The notes under the pieces: generated by a model
What the model was told of the DNA's origin: nothing
Database searches by the model: none
Seen by the model: the letters and a program-made list of their open reading frames with translations, nothing else
Shown here: positions 29,496 through 39,607 of the stretch, piece after piece
Position numbering within the stretch: the stretch's first letter is position 1
Layout: each line of letters begins with the position of its first letter
Assembly (NCBI GenBank): GCA_050186725.1
Contig: JBFWYG010000002.1
Span: 5,027-69,026, forward strand
DNA: 64,000 nucleotides
Direction: 5' to 3'
Source: Gammaproteobacteria bacterium
GTDB taxonomy: Bacteria; Pseudomonadota; Gammaproteobacteria; Ga0077536
Program-made: the position numbers and the translations under genes

Positions 29496-30665
29496 ATGAC
29501 AGCCATGGACACGCTTGCCCGCCTGGGCGTCGACGCCACCCGCCTCGCGCGCCTGCCGGCGCGCATCGACACCGACATCGCCGCCGGCCGCTACCATGGC
29601 GCCGCGCTGGCGGTCAGCCGTCGCGGCGAGACCCTGTACCGCGGCGTGCACGGCTGGGCCGACCGCGCGGCCGACCGCCGCCTCACCCTGGACGACGTGT
29701 TCGTGTCGTTCTCGGTCGGCAAGCAGTTCACCAACGTGCTGGTGCTGAACCGGGTGGAGAGCGGCGCGCTGCACCTGCACCAGCACGTCGGCGAGATCAT
29801 TCCCGAGTTCCGAAGCCGCGGCCTGCGTGGCATCCAGCTCTGGCACCTGTTGAGCCATACGAGCGGGCTCATGTCGGCGATCCCCGCCGCGCCGCTCGAG
29901 ACCCTGGTCGACGTCACGAAGCTCACGGCCTGGGTCGCCGCGCAGCGGCCCGAAGCGCGCCCCGGCGAGCGGGTCAACTACTCGATCATCGTCGCCCACG
30001 CCGTGCTGGCCGAGATGGTGCGGCGGGTGGACGGCGGCGGGCGGCGCTTCGGCCAGATCCTGGCCGAGGACCTCTTCACACCGCTCGGCATGCGCCACAC
30101 GAGCCTCGGGCCACGGCCGGACCTCGTTGCGCGCCTGTGCCCGGTCACGGCCTGCTACACCGAGCCCGGCATGTTCGCGCCCGAGGACGTGGTGGGCGTC
30201 GGCCAGGTGGTCACCCTGCCCGGCGCCGAGGTGCCGGCAGGCGGCTACCTCACCACGCTCGACGACCTGCACCGCTTCGCGCTGATGCTGCGCAACGGCG
30301 GCGAGCTCGACGGGATACGCCTGCTGTCACCCCATACGCTCGCCTACTGCACCGGCAACTTCACCGGCGAGCGCTCGAACGTGCTGTTCGACTACGCGCA
30401 GGACACCCGCGGCTGGGCGCCGTGGCCGGCGAACATCGGCCTGGGCTTCTTCGTGCGCGGGCACGGCGTGCAGCCCGGCCCGATGAGCAATCTCTCCAGC
30501 CCCGGCACCTTCTGCGGCTGGGGCGCCGGCTCGACCTGCTTCTGGGTGGACCCCGCGCTGGACCTGACCTTTGCCTTCCTCTCGACCGGGCTCATGGAGG
30601 AGACCTACCACCTGGAACGCCTGCAGCGCCTGGCCGACCTGGTGATCACCGCCCTGGTGGACTGA
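29496..30665 (+). CDS. Serine hydrolase, beta-lactamase/esterase (class C-like) family
   Basis: SVGKQFT (S-x-x-K) nucleophile motif, YxN-like and later G-x-G regions. About 390 aa. Confidence 0.7.
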   Translation: MTAMDTLARLGVDATRLARLPARIDTDIAAGRYHGAALAVSRRGETLYRGVHGWADRAADRRLTLDDVFVSFSVGKQFTNVLVLNRVESGALHLHQHVGEIIPEFRSRGLRGIQLWHLLSHTSGLMSAIPAAPLETLVDVTKLTAWVAAQRPEARPGERVNYSIIVAHAVLAEMVRRVDGGGRRFGQILAEDLFTPLGMRHTSLGPRPDLVARLCPVTACYTEPGMFAPEDVVGVGQVVTLPGAEVPAGGYLTTLDDLHRFALMLRNGGELDGIRLLSPHTLAYCTGNFTGERSNVLFDYAQDTRGWAPWPANIGLGFFVRGHGVQPGPMSNLSSPGTFCGWGAGSTCFWVDPALDLTFAFLSTGLMEETYHLERLQRLADLVITALVD

Positions 30666-30791
30666 GCCGCCGACCCGCGCGCCGGTGTCCGCCTGCCTCG
30701 TCGCCCCCTGCGCGGGGCGGAAAAAACCCTATCGGGGAATGTCGTCTGGGCGTGCATAACCGGGTAGACTGTCGCGGCTTTCTGTCTCGCC

Positions 30792-32030
30792 ATGCTGGTC
30801 CGGGGGGGTCTAGTGGATTTCAGATACAACGACAAGTCGCGCCAGTTGCTCGAGCAGGTGCGTGCCTTCATGCACGAGCACGTCTATCCCATCGAGGAAG
30901 AGATCTACACCTTCAACCACGACCCCAAGAACCTGTGGGTCGTGCCGCCGCAGATCGAGGAACTCAAGCAGCTGGCCAAGGCCCAGGGCCTGTGGAACCT
31001 GTTCCTGCCGCACGAATACAGCGACTACAGCCCCGGCCTGACCAATCTCGAATACGCGCCGCTGGCCGAAGAGATGGGCCGCGTGCACTGGGCCTCGGAG
31101 GTCTTCAACTGCTCCGCGCCCGATACCGGCAACATGGAAGTGCTCGCGCGCTACGGTACGCCCGAACAGAAGAAGCAGTGGCTCGAACCGCTGCTGGCCG
31201 GCCAGATCCGCTCCTCCTACCTGATGACGGAGCCGCAGGTGGCGTCTTCCGACGCGACCAACGTCGAGACCTCGATCAAGCGCGACGGCGACGAATACGT
31301 CATCAACGGCCGCAAGTGGTGGAGTTCCTGCGTGTTCGATCCCAGGAACAAGATCTACATCCTGATGGGCAAGACCGACCCGTCCGCCGCGCGCCACGTG
31401 CAGCAGTCGATGATCCTGGTGCCCGCGGGCACGCCGGGCTTCGAAATCCTGCGCCCGCTGCGCGTGCTGAACGACCTGCACTCGCCCCACGGTCACGGCG
31501 AAGTGCGCATGACCAACATGCGCGTGCCGGCCTCCAACCTGCTGCTCGGCGAGGGCCGCGGCTTCGAGATCGCGCAGGGTCGCCTCGGCCCGGGCCGCAT
31601 CCACCATTGCATGCGCCTCATCGGCGCCGCGCAGCGCGCGCTCGACATCATGTGCAAGCGGGTCGAGAGCCGCGTGGCCTTCGGCAAGAAGCTGTCTGAC
31701 CAGTCGAGCATCCGCCAGGACATCGCCAAGTCCCGCTGCGAAATAGAGCAGGCCCGCCTGCTGACGCTGTGGGCCGCCGACCGCCTGGACCGCGAGGGCA
31801 ACAAGCTGGCCAAGGACGCCATCGCCATGATCAAGATTTCCGTGCCGACCATGTGCCAGACCGTCGCCGACAGAGCGATGCAGGCCCACGGCGGCATGGG
31901 TGTCTGCCAGGACACGGTGCTGCCGGAGATCTTCTCCTACGCCCGTGCCGTGCGCCTGGCCGACGGACCTGACGAGGTGCACATGTCGCAGCTCGGCAAG
32001 TTGACCATCCAGCAGACGCTGGCGGGTTGA
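30792..32030 (+). CDS. Acyl-CoA dehydrogenase
   Basis: ACAD N-terminal, middle and C-terminal domain pattern (…GGMG… near the C-terminus, catalytic Glu region). A GTG at 30813 is an alternative start. Confidence 0.85.
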   Translation: MLVRGGLVDFRYNDKSRQLLEQVRAFMHEHVYPIEEEIYTFNHDPKNLWVVPPQIEELKQLAKAQGLWNLFLPHEYSDYSPGLTNLEYAPLAEEMGRVHWASEVFNCSAPDTGNMEVLARYGTPEQKKQWLEPLLAGQIRSSYLMTEPQVASSDATNVETSIKRDGDEYVINGRKWWSSCVFDPRNKIYILMGKTDPSAARHVQQSMILVPAGTPGFEILRPLRVLNDLHSPHGHGEVRMTNMRVPASNLLLGEGRGFEIAQGRLGPGRIHHCMRLIGAAQRALDIMCKRVESRVAFGKKLSDQSSIRQDIAKSRCEIEQARLLTLWAADRLDREGNKLAKDAIAMIKISVPTMCQTVADRAMQAHGGMGVCQDTVLPEIFSYARAVRLADGPDEVHMSQLGKLTIQQTLAG

Positions 32031-32241
32031 GCGCTGGTCGCCTGACGCAGGCTCGGGTTTCGTTCGCGCCGGTGTCGTGATGCGGGTTTCGCCCCACCAC
32101 CACGTCACCCCCGCGCGGCGCTTCGGGGAAGACGGCCTAACTGCCGTCACGAGGCGCGCCACGCGGGGCATGAACGAGACCATGAACCGGACGATCGGCG
32201 CCGTAACTAGATAATCATTACCATCGGGAGAGTTTCATTCC

Positions 32242-34671
32242 ATGAGGTTCCGAGTAGCAAAATGGATCATGACGCACCGCTTCGGTGTGGGCATGGCCTT
32301 CCTCATCGTGACACTGGGTTTCATGAGCCAGTTTCCGAAAGTCGAGATCCGCACGATCTACAACGACTTCCTGCCGACCAACGAAGAGTTCGTGAAGATC
32401 TTCTTCGCGCATCGCAACTTCGGTAATCCGCTGACCATGTCCATCATGGTCAAGAACAAGAACGGCGACATCTACAACCCGGAAACGCTGGCCAAGGTCT
32501 ACGCCATCACGCGCGACATCGACCTCGCGCCGTATATCGACCATGACCAGATCATCTCCATCTCGACGGAGAAGATGCGCTACGCGGAAGCCACGCGTGA
32601 CGGCATCGACACCAAGCCGCTGATGAGCGACCATGCGCCGGCCACCGAGGAGGAGATCGCGGAGTTCCGTCGCCGCGTGAACATCTCCTCCGGCGCTCAG
32701 ACCTTCTACATCTCCGGCGACAGCACCGCGACCCTGATCAACGCCGCCTTCCTCGATACCATCGACTACGGCGAAGCGTTCAAGTACGTGCAGGATCTGG
32801 TGGTCAAGAACCGCGACGCCAACCACGAGGTACACCTCGTCGGACAGCCCGCGCTCACCGGCTGGGTGTACAAGCTGCAGCACCAGACCTACACCATCTT
32901 CGCCACCACCATCGGCGTGATGCTCCTGCTGCTGGTGTTCTACATGGGCAACATCGCCGGCACCGTGATGCCGCTCGCGAGCGCGGCGACCGCCGGCATC
33001 TGGGGCTTTGGCACCATCGGCTGGTACGAGCGTCCGATCGAGCCGCTCCTGATGATCGTGCCGCTGCTGCTGGTGGCCCGCTCCATCTCGCACTGCATTC
33101 AGTACACCGAGCGCTACTACGAGGTGCTGAATCATGTGAAGGACAAGGTGCTGGCCGCCGAGATCACCATGGCGATCATGATGGCGCCATCGATCCTCGG
33201 CATCTTCACCGACGTGTTCGGCATCATCTTCATCGCCATCGCGCCGATCAAGACGATGATCAACCACTCGATCTTCTGCGGCTGGTGGGCGTTCTGGATC
33301 ATCCCGACCGGCGTGTTCCTGGCCTCCATCCTGCTGTCCTACCTGCCGGTGCCGAATAATCTCGAGAAGATCGTCGGCGGCGCGGAGAAGGAATCCGCCT
33401 TCCATCGTTGGCAGACTGGGCTGCTGGAGAACATCGCGCACATCACCTACGGCAACGCCGCGCGCGTCACCGCCGTGGTGGTCACGATCGTTGCCGTCAT
33501 CGCGATCTACCTGACCTCGCAGATCAAGGTCGGCAACCCGGTCGAGGGCACCAACCTGCTGTGGAACGAGTCGGAGTTCAACACCGGCACGCGCGCCATC
33601 AACGCGCACTTCCCCGGCACCAACACGCTGGAAATCGTGCTGGAAGCCAAGGAGCGCAAGAACGACCATCGCGTGGTGAACACCCCGGACGTCGTGCAGG
33701 TGGCGACCGAGATGCAACGCTCGCTGGAATCGGATCGCTCCGATCCCAACCTGCCGCCGCGCGCCACGCTGTCGTTCTCGGACTACATGCGTGACATCAA
33801 CCGCCTGTTCGCCGGCGGTAACCCGAAGTGGATGCCGCTGGATCCGACGCCGGAAGCGATTTCGGCCGCCGGCTTCGCCGCGCTGATGGGCTCCAACGCC
33901 ATCAACTTCAGCCACGTCGCCGACTTCGAGTTCCAGGACTCGACGGTCTCCGCGTGGTTCCGCGACAACAAGCAGGGCACGGTGGACGCGGCGCTCGCCT
34001 CGGCCTTCGCGGCCGGCGAAAAGGTGGGTCTGGACCATCCCGAGTTCAAGGTGCGTATCGCCACCGGCGTGATCGCGCTCCAGCAGGCGATGAACAACGT
34101 GGTCAAGAAGTACCACTGGCTCATCCTCGGCTGCGTGAACATCGGCGTGTTCTTCCTGGCCTGGTACGCCTATCGGTCCATGGTCGCGGCCTTCCTGCTG
34201 CTGGTGCCGGTGAACCTGTCGAACTTCATGCTGATGGCCTCGATGCACGTCATCGGCATCGGTCTCGACATCAACGCGGCCATCGTCGCGGTGATGGGCG
34301 TGGGCGTGGGTATCGACTACGGCATCTACCTCTTGTCCCGCATCTGCGAGGAGTACGTGGCGCAGGACCAGGATCTGAAGAAGGCCATCTTTGCCTCGCT
34401 GACCACGACCGGCAAGGCCATCATGTTCACCGCGTCGATCATGCTGCTCGCCATCCTGCCGTGGTACTTCCTGTCGGATCTGAAGTTCATGGCCGACATG
34501 GGCGTGCTGCTGGTGGCCATCATGCTGATCAACATGGTGCTGTCGCTGGTCGTGCTGCCGCTCCTGGTGTGGTTCGTCAATCCGAACTTCATGCGCCGCA
34601 CGGACCTGATGGTCGGCGAGAACGTCGACCTGACGCAGTTCATGGACAAGGTCGACGAAGCCGTCGTCTGA
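32242..34671 (+). CDS. RND-superfamily exporter, MMPL/SSD family (paralog 1)
   Basis: 809 aa. Two 6-TM bundles, each preceded by a large periplasmic domain, and an SSD-like TM region. GGGAGAG RBS. About 55-60% identical to 51896..54310 by eye. Confidence 0.8.
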   Translation: MRFRVAKWIMTHRFGVGMAFLIVTLGFMSQFPKVEIRTIYNDFLPTNEEFVKIFFAHRNFGNPLTMSIMVKNKNGDIYNPETLAKVYAITRDIDLAPYIDHDQIISISTEKMRYAEATRDGIDTKPLMSDHAPATEEEIAEFRRRVNISSGAQTFYISGDSTATLINAAFLDTIDYGEAFKYVQDLVVKNRDANHEVHLVGQPALTGWVYKLQHQTYTIFATTIGVMLLLLVFYMGNIAGTVMPLASAATAGIWGFGTIGWYERPIEPLLMIVPLLLVARSISHCIQYTERYYEVLNHVKDKVLAAEITMAIMMAPSILGIFTDVFGIIFIAIAPIKTMINHSIFCGWWAFWIIPTGVFLASILLSYLPVPNNLEKIVGGAEKESAFHRWQTGLLENIAHITYGNAARVTAVVVTIVAVIAIYLTSQIKVGNPVEGTNLLWNESEFNTGTRAINAHFPGTNTLEIVLEAKERKNDHRVVNTPDVVQVATEMQRSLESDRSDPNLPPRATLSFSDYMRDINRLFAGGNPKWMPLDPTPEAISAAGFAALMGSNAINFSHVADFEFQDSTVSAWFRDNKQGTVDAALASAFAAGEKVGLDHPEFKVRIATGVIALQQAMNNVVKKYHWLILGCVNIGVFFLAWYAYRSMVAAFLLLVPVNLSNFMLMASMHVIGIGLDINAAIVAVMGVGVGIDYGIYLLSRICEEYVAQDQDLKKAIFASLTTTGKAIMFTASIMLLAILPWYFLSDLKFMADMGVLLVAIMLINMVLSLVVLPLLVWFVNPNFMRRTDLMVGENVDLTQFMDKVDEAVV

Positions 34672-34920
34672 GCCGCCTGATTGCCGCCGCGCCGCTCGGC
34701 GCGGCGGCCCGCCTTCGGCCCCTCGCCCGCGCGGCGGGGGGCCCTCTCTTCCCCTCCGCCGACAACCTGTCCGTCTTCCGCCTACACGCGGACGGCCACG
34801 CGATTTCGTGCATCCTGACCGGCAGCGCGCGACATGCCGGTGTTAGACTGATGACCATTCCACGGCGCGCTCGGCGCGTCCCCTTCGACCGCCCGGCGGT
34901 CGCGTGCATCGAGGCCAGGC

Positions 34921-36003
34921 ATGGGACTGCTCGACGATCTGAAGAAACGCGCGGCCGCCAAGGAGGCCGCGAGCCGCGGTACGCAGGACGAGAGCCGCGC
35001 GCAGGATCTGCTCGCGGTCGCGCTGCCCGCGCTATTCCGCATCCACCAGGTGCTCGGCGATCTCGTCAAGCAGCTGCGTATCCTCGGCGACGAAGCGCCG
35101 GTGACGCTCAAGGTCCCGGGTGTCGGCGAGGTGCCGGGCTTCCTGCAGGGCAACTACGACATCAGCGCCGAGGGCCGTCCACCGCAGACCGTCAGCCTGC
35201 GTTGCAATTTGCGGCTGGCGCGACCGCGGCCGCTGGAGATGATCACCGCGGGCGCCTCGCCCACCACCTGGGCGGATCGGCTGCGCCAGCACGGCGCGCC
35301 GATCAAGGTGCTGCGCGTGACCGATGCGCGCGGCCCCAACCAGAAAGCGGTGATCGGCATCGACGGCACGATTCCCGTGCTCGTGCAGTTCAGCATCGAC
35401 GTCGAGCACGCGGCCGTGCAGCTCCTGACGCGCAACTTCGACGAGCTGGTGGAACGTCGCCAGTATTTCAATCCGGCCGACGTCACCGAGCAGTGGTGCG
35501 AGGAGCTGCTCAAGTACGTGCTGCGCGAGGAGAACAGCTTCCTGCGCCACGAAGTCTCCACCGACGTGCGCGAACAGCTGCGCCGGCGGCTGGAGTGGGA
35601 GAAGCTCAAGGACCAGAGCCTGGAGGAGACCACCGAGACGCGGGTCGCCGCGAGCGGCATGCTGAAGCAGTTCTTCCGCCGCCCGCCGCAGCTCAAGATC
35701 GAGTGGCGCGGGCTGACCTGGGATCTCGCCACCCACGTCGGCGCCTTCACCCTGGGCCGCGTCAGCGATTGCGATCTGCGCATCCGGCGCGATCGCGTGT
35801 CGCGCTTTCACGCGCGCATCGAGTACCGCGAAGGCGAATATCACCTGACCGACGACAGCACCAATGGCACCTTCGTGCGTTTCAGCGACGGACGACGCCA
35901 GGAGCTGCGCAAGTCCAGCATGGTGCTGCAGGGCAGCGGCGTGTTCGCGCTCGGCGACGAGCCCAGCGAAGACAACCCCGACGTGGTGCATTTCGTGATG
36001 TGA
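34921..36003 (+). CDS. FHA-domain protein with novel N-terminal domain
   Basis: C-terminal canonical FHA (GRVSDCDLRI...VSRFHARIEY...YHLTDDSTNGTFV). N-terminal ~250 aa soluble, no recognisable motif. Confidence 0.75.
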   Translation: MGLLDDLKKRAAAKEAASRGTQDESRAQDLLAVALPALFRIHQVLGDLVKQLRILGDEAPVTLKVPGVGEVPGFLQGNYDISAEGRPPQTVSLRCNLRLARPRPLEMITAGASPTTWADRLRQHGAPIKVLRVTDARGPNQKAVIGIDGTIPVLVQFSIDVEHAAVQLLTRNFDELVERRQYFNPADVTEQWCEELLKYVLREENSFLRHEVSTDVREQLRRRLEWEKLKDQSLEETTETRVAASGMLKQFFRRPPQLKIEWRGLTWDLATHVGAFTLGRVSDCDLRIRRDRVSRFHARIEYREGEYHLTDDSTNGTFVRFSDGRRQELRKSSMVLQGSGVFALGDEPSEDNPDVVHFVM

Positions 36004-36082
36004 GGCGGGCTATCGGCCGCCTCCTCCACCACGCCGCGTCTGCCCCGGCCTGACACCCCCCCCAGGCCGCGCGCCCCACACC

Positions 36083-37351
36083 ATGTCAGCCATGAACCCA
36101 AGCGTCGTCGAACTCGCCGCCACTGCGCTGTTCGCGCTCGCGGTGCTGCATACCTTCGCGACCAAGCTCATCGCGCGTCTCGGCCACCTGCAGCCGCGCC
36201 ACGCGGGGCTCTGGCATTTGCTCGCCGAGGTCGAGGTGGTGTTCGGCGTGTGGGCGCTGGCGCTGGTCGCCTGCCTGTTCTCCCTGCAGGGTGAGGCCGC
36301 GACCATCGCCTACATCGAGAGCCGCAATTACGGCGAGCCGATGTTCGTGTTCGTGGTGATGGTCGTGGCTGCCAGCCGGCCGGTGCTCAGCACGGTGATG
36401 GCGGCGATGCAGTGGTTGGCGATCGCGGTGCCGGTGGACCGACGCCTGACCTTGTTCTTCCTGTGCATGACGCTGGTGCCGCTGTTCGGTTCCTTCATCA
36501 CCGAGCCGGCGGCGATGACGCTCGCCGCGTTCGCCCTGCGCGATGGCTTCTTCCGCTATCGTCTCGGCGCGCCGCTCAAGTACGCGACGCTCGGCACCTT
36601 GTTCGTGAACATCTCAATCGGCGGCACGCTGACCAGCTTCGCCGCGCCCCCGGTGCTGATGGTGGCCGCCACCTGGCAGTGGGATTCGAGCTTCATGCTG
36701 CTCACCTTCGGCTGGAAGGCCGCGCTGGCGGTGCTGCTGAATGGCCTGGTGCTGACCGCGCTGTTTCGCCGCGAGATAGTCGCCAAGGGACGCTGCGACG
36801 ATGCCGGCGCGCGCCTGCGGGTCCCGCTCGGCGTGGCCGCGGTGCACTTCACAATCCTGGTCGCGGTGGTCGGCTTCGCCCACCACCCGACGCTGTTCAT
36901 GGGTTTGTTCCTGCTGTTTCTCGGCTACTGCGAGGCCTACAGCGAATACCAGGATCGCCTGATCCTGCGCGAAGGCCTGCTGGTGGCCTTCTTCCTCGGC
37001 GGGCTGGTGGTGCTGGGCGGCCTGCAGCGCTGGTGGCTGGAGGACACCCTGACCGCCGTCTCGCCGACGGCGCTGTTCTACCTGGCCACCGCGCTCACCG
37101 CCATCACCGACAACGCCGCACTCACCTATCTCGCCTCGCTGGTCGAGGGTGTTTCACCCGCCTTCCAGTACGCGGTGGTGGCGGGCGCGGTCAGCGGCGG
37201 GGGACTGACCGTCATCGCCAACGCGCCCAACCCGGCCGGCATCGCCATCCTGAAGGGCAACTTCGCGGAAGAAGCAGTGAGCCCGGGCGCGCTGTTCCTT
37301 GCCGCCCTGCCCCCCACCGTGGTCGCCGCCCTCGCCTTCCTGCTGCTCTAG
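36083..37351 (+). CDS. Polytopic membrane protein (tentatively putative Na+/H+ antiporter-like family)
   Basis: About 11 TM helices across 422 aa. Assignment rests on the hydrophobicity pattern only. Confidence 0.35.
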   Translation: MSAMNPSVVELAATALFALAVLHTFATKLIARLGHLQPRHAGLWHLLAEVEVVFGVWALALVACLFSLQGEAATIAYIESRNYGEPMFVFVVMVVAASRPVLSTVMAAMQWLAIAVPVDRRLTLFFLCMTLVPLFGSFITEPAAMTLAAFALRDGFFRYRLGAPLKYATLGTLFVNISIGGTLTSFAAPPVLMVAATWQWDSSFMLLTFGWKAALAVLLNGLVLTALFRREIVAKGRCDDAGARLRVPLGVAAVHFTILVAVVGFAHHPTLFMGLFLLFLGYCEAYSEYQDRLILREGLLVAFFLGGLVVLGGLQRWWLEDTLTAVSPTALFYLATALTAITDNAALTYLASLVEGVSPAFQYAVVAGAVSGGGLTVIANAPNPAGIAILKGNFAEEAVSPGALFLAALPPTVVAALAFLLL

Positions 37352-37372
37352 GGCACGCCGCGCGGCGGCGCC

Positions 37373-38584
37373 TCAGATCACGCCCTCGTCCTTGAGCCGC
37401 GCGAGCGCCGCGGCGTCATAGCCCAGTGCGCCGTAGATCTCCGCGTTGTGCTGGCCGAGCGTCGCGGCCGGCTCGTGCACCCGGGTCGGCGTGCGGGAGA
37501 ACTTGGCGGCTGGCCCGGTCAGCGGCACGGTGCGGCCGTCGGCGAGGGTGGTGGGCTGCAGCATGTCGCGCGCCGCCACGTGGGGATGGCCGGAGGCCTC
37601 GGCGTAGGACTGCACGCGGGTCACGGTCAAGCCGGCCTCGGTCCACAGCGCCGTGACTTCGGCCACCGAATGGCCCGCGCACCAGGCCGCCACCAGGCCG
37701 TCCAGTTCTTCGCGGCGCGCGATGCGCTCGGCGTTCACCAGGGATGCGAGGTCCGGCCGCTCCAGCAGCACGCACAGCGCGCGCCAGTGGCTGTCCAGCA
37801 GCACGCCGCCGTAGATGCTGCCGTCCCGGCAGGCGTAGACGTTGACCGGCGCGGCGAGCGCGAACTGGTTGCCGTAGCGCGTGAGCGGCATGCCGAGCGC
37901 GCCGGCGGTGAGATTGCCGTTGCTCTGGTAGAGCAGGCCGTCGATCAGCGCCACGTCGACGTGCTGGCCCTCGCCGGTGCGGTTGCGATGCTGGAGCGCG
38001 GCCAGCGCGCCCAATGCGCCGTGCATGCCGGCGAGGTCGTCGCCGAGGAAGGTCGGCGCCTTGGTCGGGCCGCCGCCCGGATCGCCGTTCAGCGAGGTCC
38101 AGCCGGTGAAATTCTGCGCGATGGGATCGTAGGCGGGACGCTCGGACAGCGGCCCGAACTGCCCGTAGCCGCTGACCGAGACGTAGATGATGTCGGGCTT
38201 CACCGCCGCGACGTCGGCGTAACCCACGCCCCAGCCGGCAAGCGTGCCGGGCTTGAAGTTCTCGACCACGATGTCGGCGTCCCGGCACAGCGCGAGGAAC
38301 ATCTCCCGTCCTTGCGGCTTGCGCAGATCGAGCGACACGTTGCGCTTGTTGCGGTTGACGGTCTCGTGCGCCATGGACAGCGCGGAGTCGGGCAGCATGG
38401 GCGGGAGCTTGCGGCACACTTCCCCGGCCGGATGCTCGACTTTCACGACCGTGGCGCCGAAATCCGCCAGCAGGCAGGCCGCCATGGGGCCCGCCCAGGT
38501 GGTGGTGGCCTCGACCACCTTGATGCCGTGCAACGGCCCGCGCACGTCGTGGCGCGCCGCGGCGTAGAACGCTTGCTTGTCCAT
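37373..38584 (-). CDS. CoA-transferase family III (CaiB/BaiF)
   Basis: LHGIKVVE...GPMAA N-terminus and GxGxxD pattern typical of family III CoA transferases. Confidence 0.85.
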   Translation of the reverse strand: MDKQAFYAAARHDVRGPLHGIKVVEATTTWAGPMAACLLADFGATVVKVEHPAGEVCRKLPPMLPDSALSMAHETVNRNKRNVSLDLRKPQGREMFLALCRDADIVVENFKPGTLAGWGVGYADVAAVKPDIIYVSVSGYGQFGPLSERPAYDPIAQNFTGWTSLNGDPGGGPTKAPTFLGDDLAGMHGALGALAALQHRNRTGEGQHVDVALIDGLLYQSNGNLTAGALGMPLTRYGNQFALAAPVNVYACRDGSIYGGVLLDSHWRALCVLLERPDLASLVNAERIARREELDGLVAAWCAGHSVAEVTALWTEAGLTVTRVQSYAEASGHPHVAARDMLQPTTLADGRTVPLTGPAAKFSRTPTRVHEPAATLGQHNAEIYGALGYDAAALARLKDEGVI

Positions 38585-38733
38585 CGAACTCTCCCCTCGC
38601 GCCTGGTGGCCGGGGATTGTAGCGGCAGGCGCGTCGGTCGCGTGTTCCGGGACCCGCCGCGCGCCCTCAAGCGGCCTTCCCGCACTGCCGCTAAGTAGCC
38701 TCGAGTAGTCCTGGCAAGAGTTTCGCGCGACCC

Positions 38734-39588
38734 ATGTTCCTCATCATCGGCATCGTCCTCGTGCTCGGCTGCGTGGCCGGCGGTTTCGTCCTGTCCCACG
38801 GCGAGCTGGCGGCCCTGTGGCAGCCCTACGAACTCCTGGTGATCGGCGGCGCCGCACTGGGCGCCTTCGTCATCGCCAACCCCATGAAGGTGATCAAGGC
38901 CACCTTCGGCGCGATCCCCAAGCTGCTCAAGGGCTCGAAGTACAAGAAAGAGCTCTACATGGACACCCTGGCGCTGCTCTACGACCTGCTGGTCAAGGCG
39001 CGCAAGCAGGGCATGATGGCGCTGGAAGGCGACGTCGACAAACCGGAGTCCAGCGAGATTTTCGGCAAGTACCCGACCCTGATGGCCGACCACCACCTGA
39101 TCGAATTCATCACCGACTACCTGCGCCTGCTGGCGGCCGGCAGCATCACCAGCCCCTACGAGCTCGACGCCTTGATGGACGTCGAGCTCGAGACCCACCA
39201 CCACGACGGCCACCAGCCGGCGGCGGCGCTGACCCGCGTGTGCGACGGCCTGCCGGGCTTCGGCATCGTCGCCGCGGTGCTCGGCATCGTCATCACCATG
39301 GGCGCCATCGGCGGACCGCCGGCGGAGCTCGGCCATCACGTCGCGGCGGCGCTGGTCGGCACCTTCTTGGGCATCCTTCTCGCCTACGGCTTCGTCGGCC
39401 CGATGGCGACCGCGGTCGAGCACATGGCGGCGGACGAGGCGCAGATGTTCCTCGCCATCAAGAACACGCTGGTGGCCTCGGCGCAGGGCTATGCCCCGCA
39501 GATCGCCATCGAGTTCGGCCGCAAGGCCATCGGCGGCCCGGACCGGCCGTCGTTCTCGGAGCTCGAGACCCGCGTGAAGGGCAAGTGA
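38734..39588 (+). CDS. motA: Flagellar motor stator protein MotA/PomA family
   Basis: 4-TM topology, conserved GPPAELGHHVAAALVGTFLGIL plug/TM3-4 region, 284 aa. Confidence 0.85.
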   Translation: MFLIIGIVLVLGCVAGGFVLSHGELAALWQPYELLVIGGAALGAFVIANPMKVIKATFGAIPKLLKGSKYKKELYMDTLALLYDLLVKARKQGMMALEGDVDKPESSEIFGKYPTLMADHHLIEFITDYLRLLAAGSITSPYELDALMDVELETHHHDGHQPAAALTRVCDGLPGFGIVAAVLGIVITMGAIGGPPAELGHHVAAALVGTFLGILLAYGFVGPMATAVEHMAADEAQMFLAIKNTLVASAQGYAPQIAIEFGRKAIGGPDRPSFSELETRVKGK

Positions 39589-39607
39589 CGGCCGGAGTCC
39601 ACTGAGC

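Noticed and set aside
36004-36030. Short hairpin gaggcgg-gctatcg-ccgcctc after the FHA gene stop
   Set aside because: 7-bp stem without a U-tract, and the next gene starts 80 bp later on the same strand. More likely the genes are co-transcribed.
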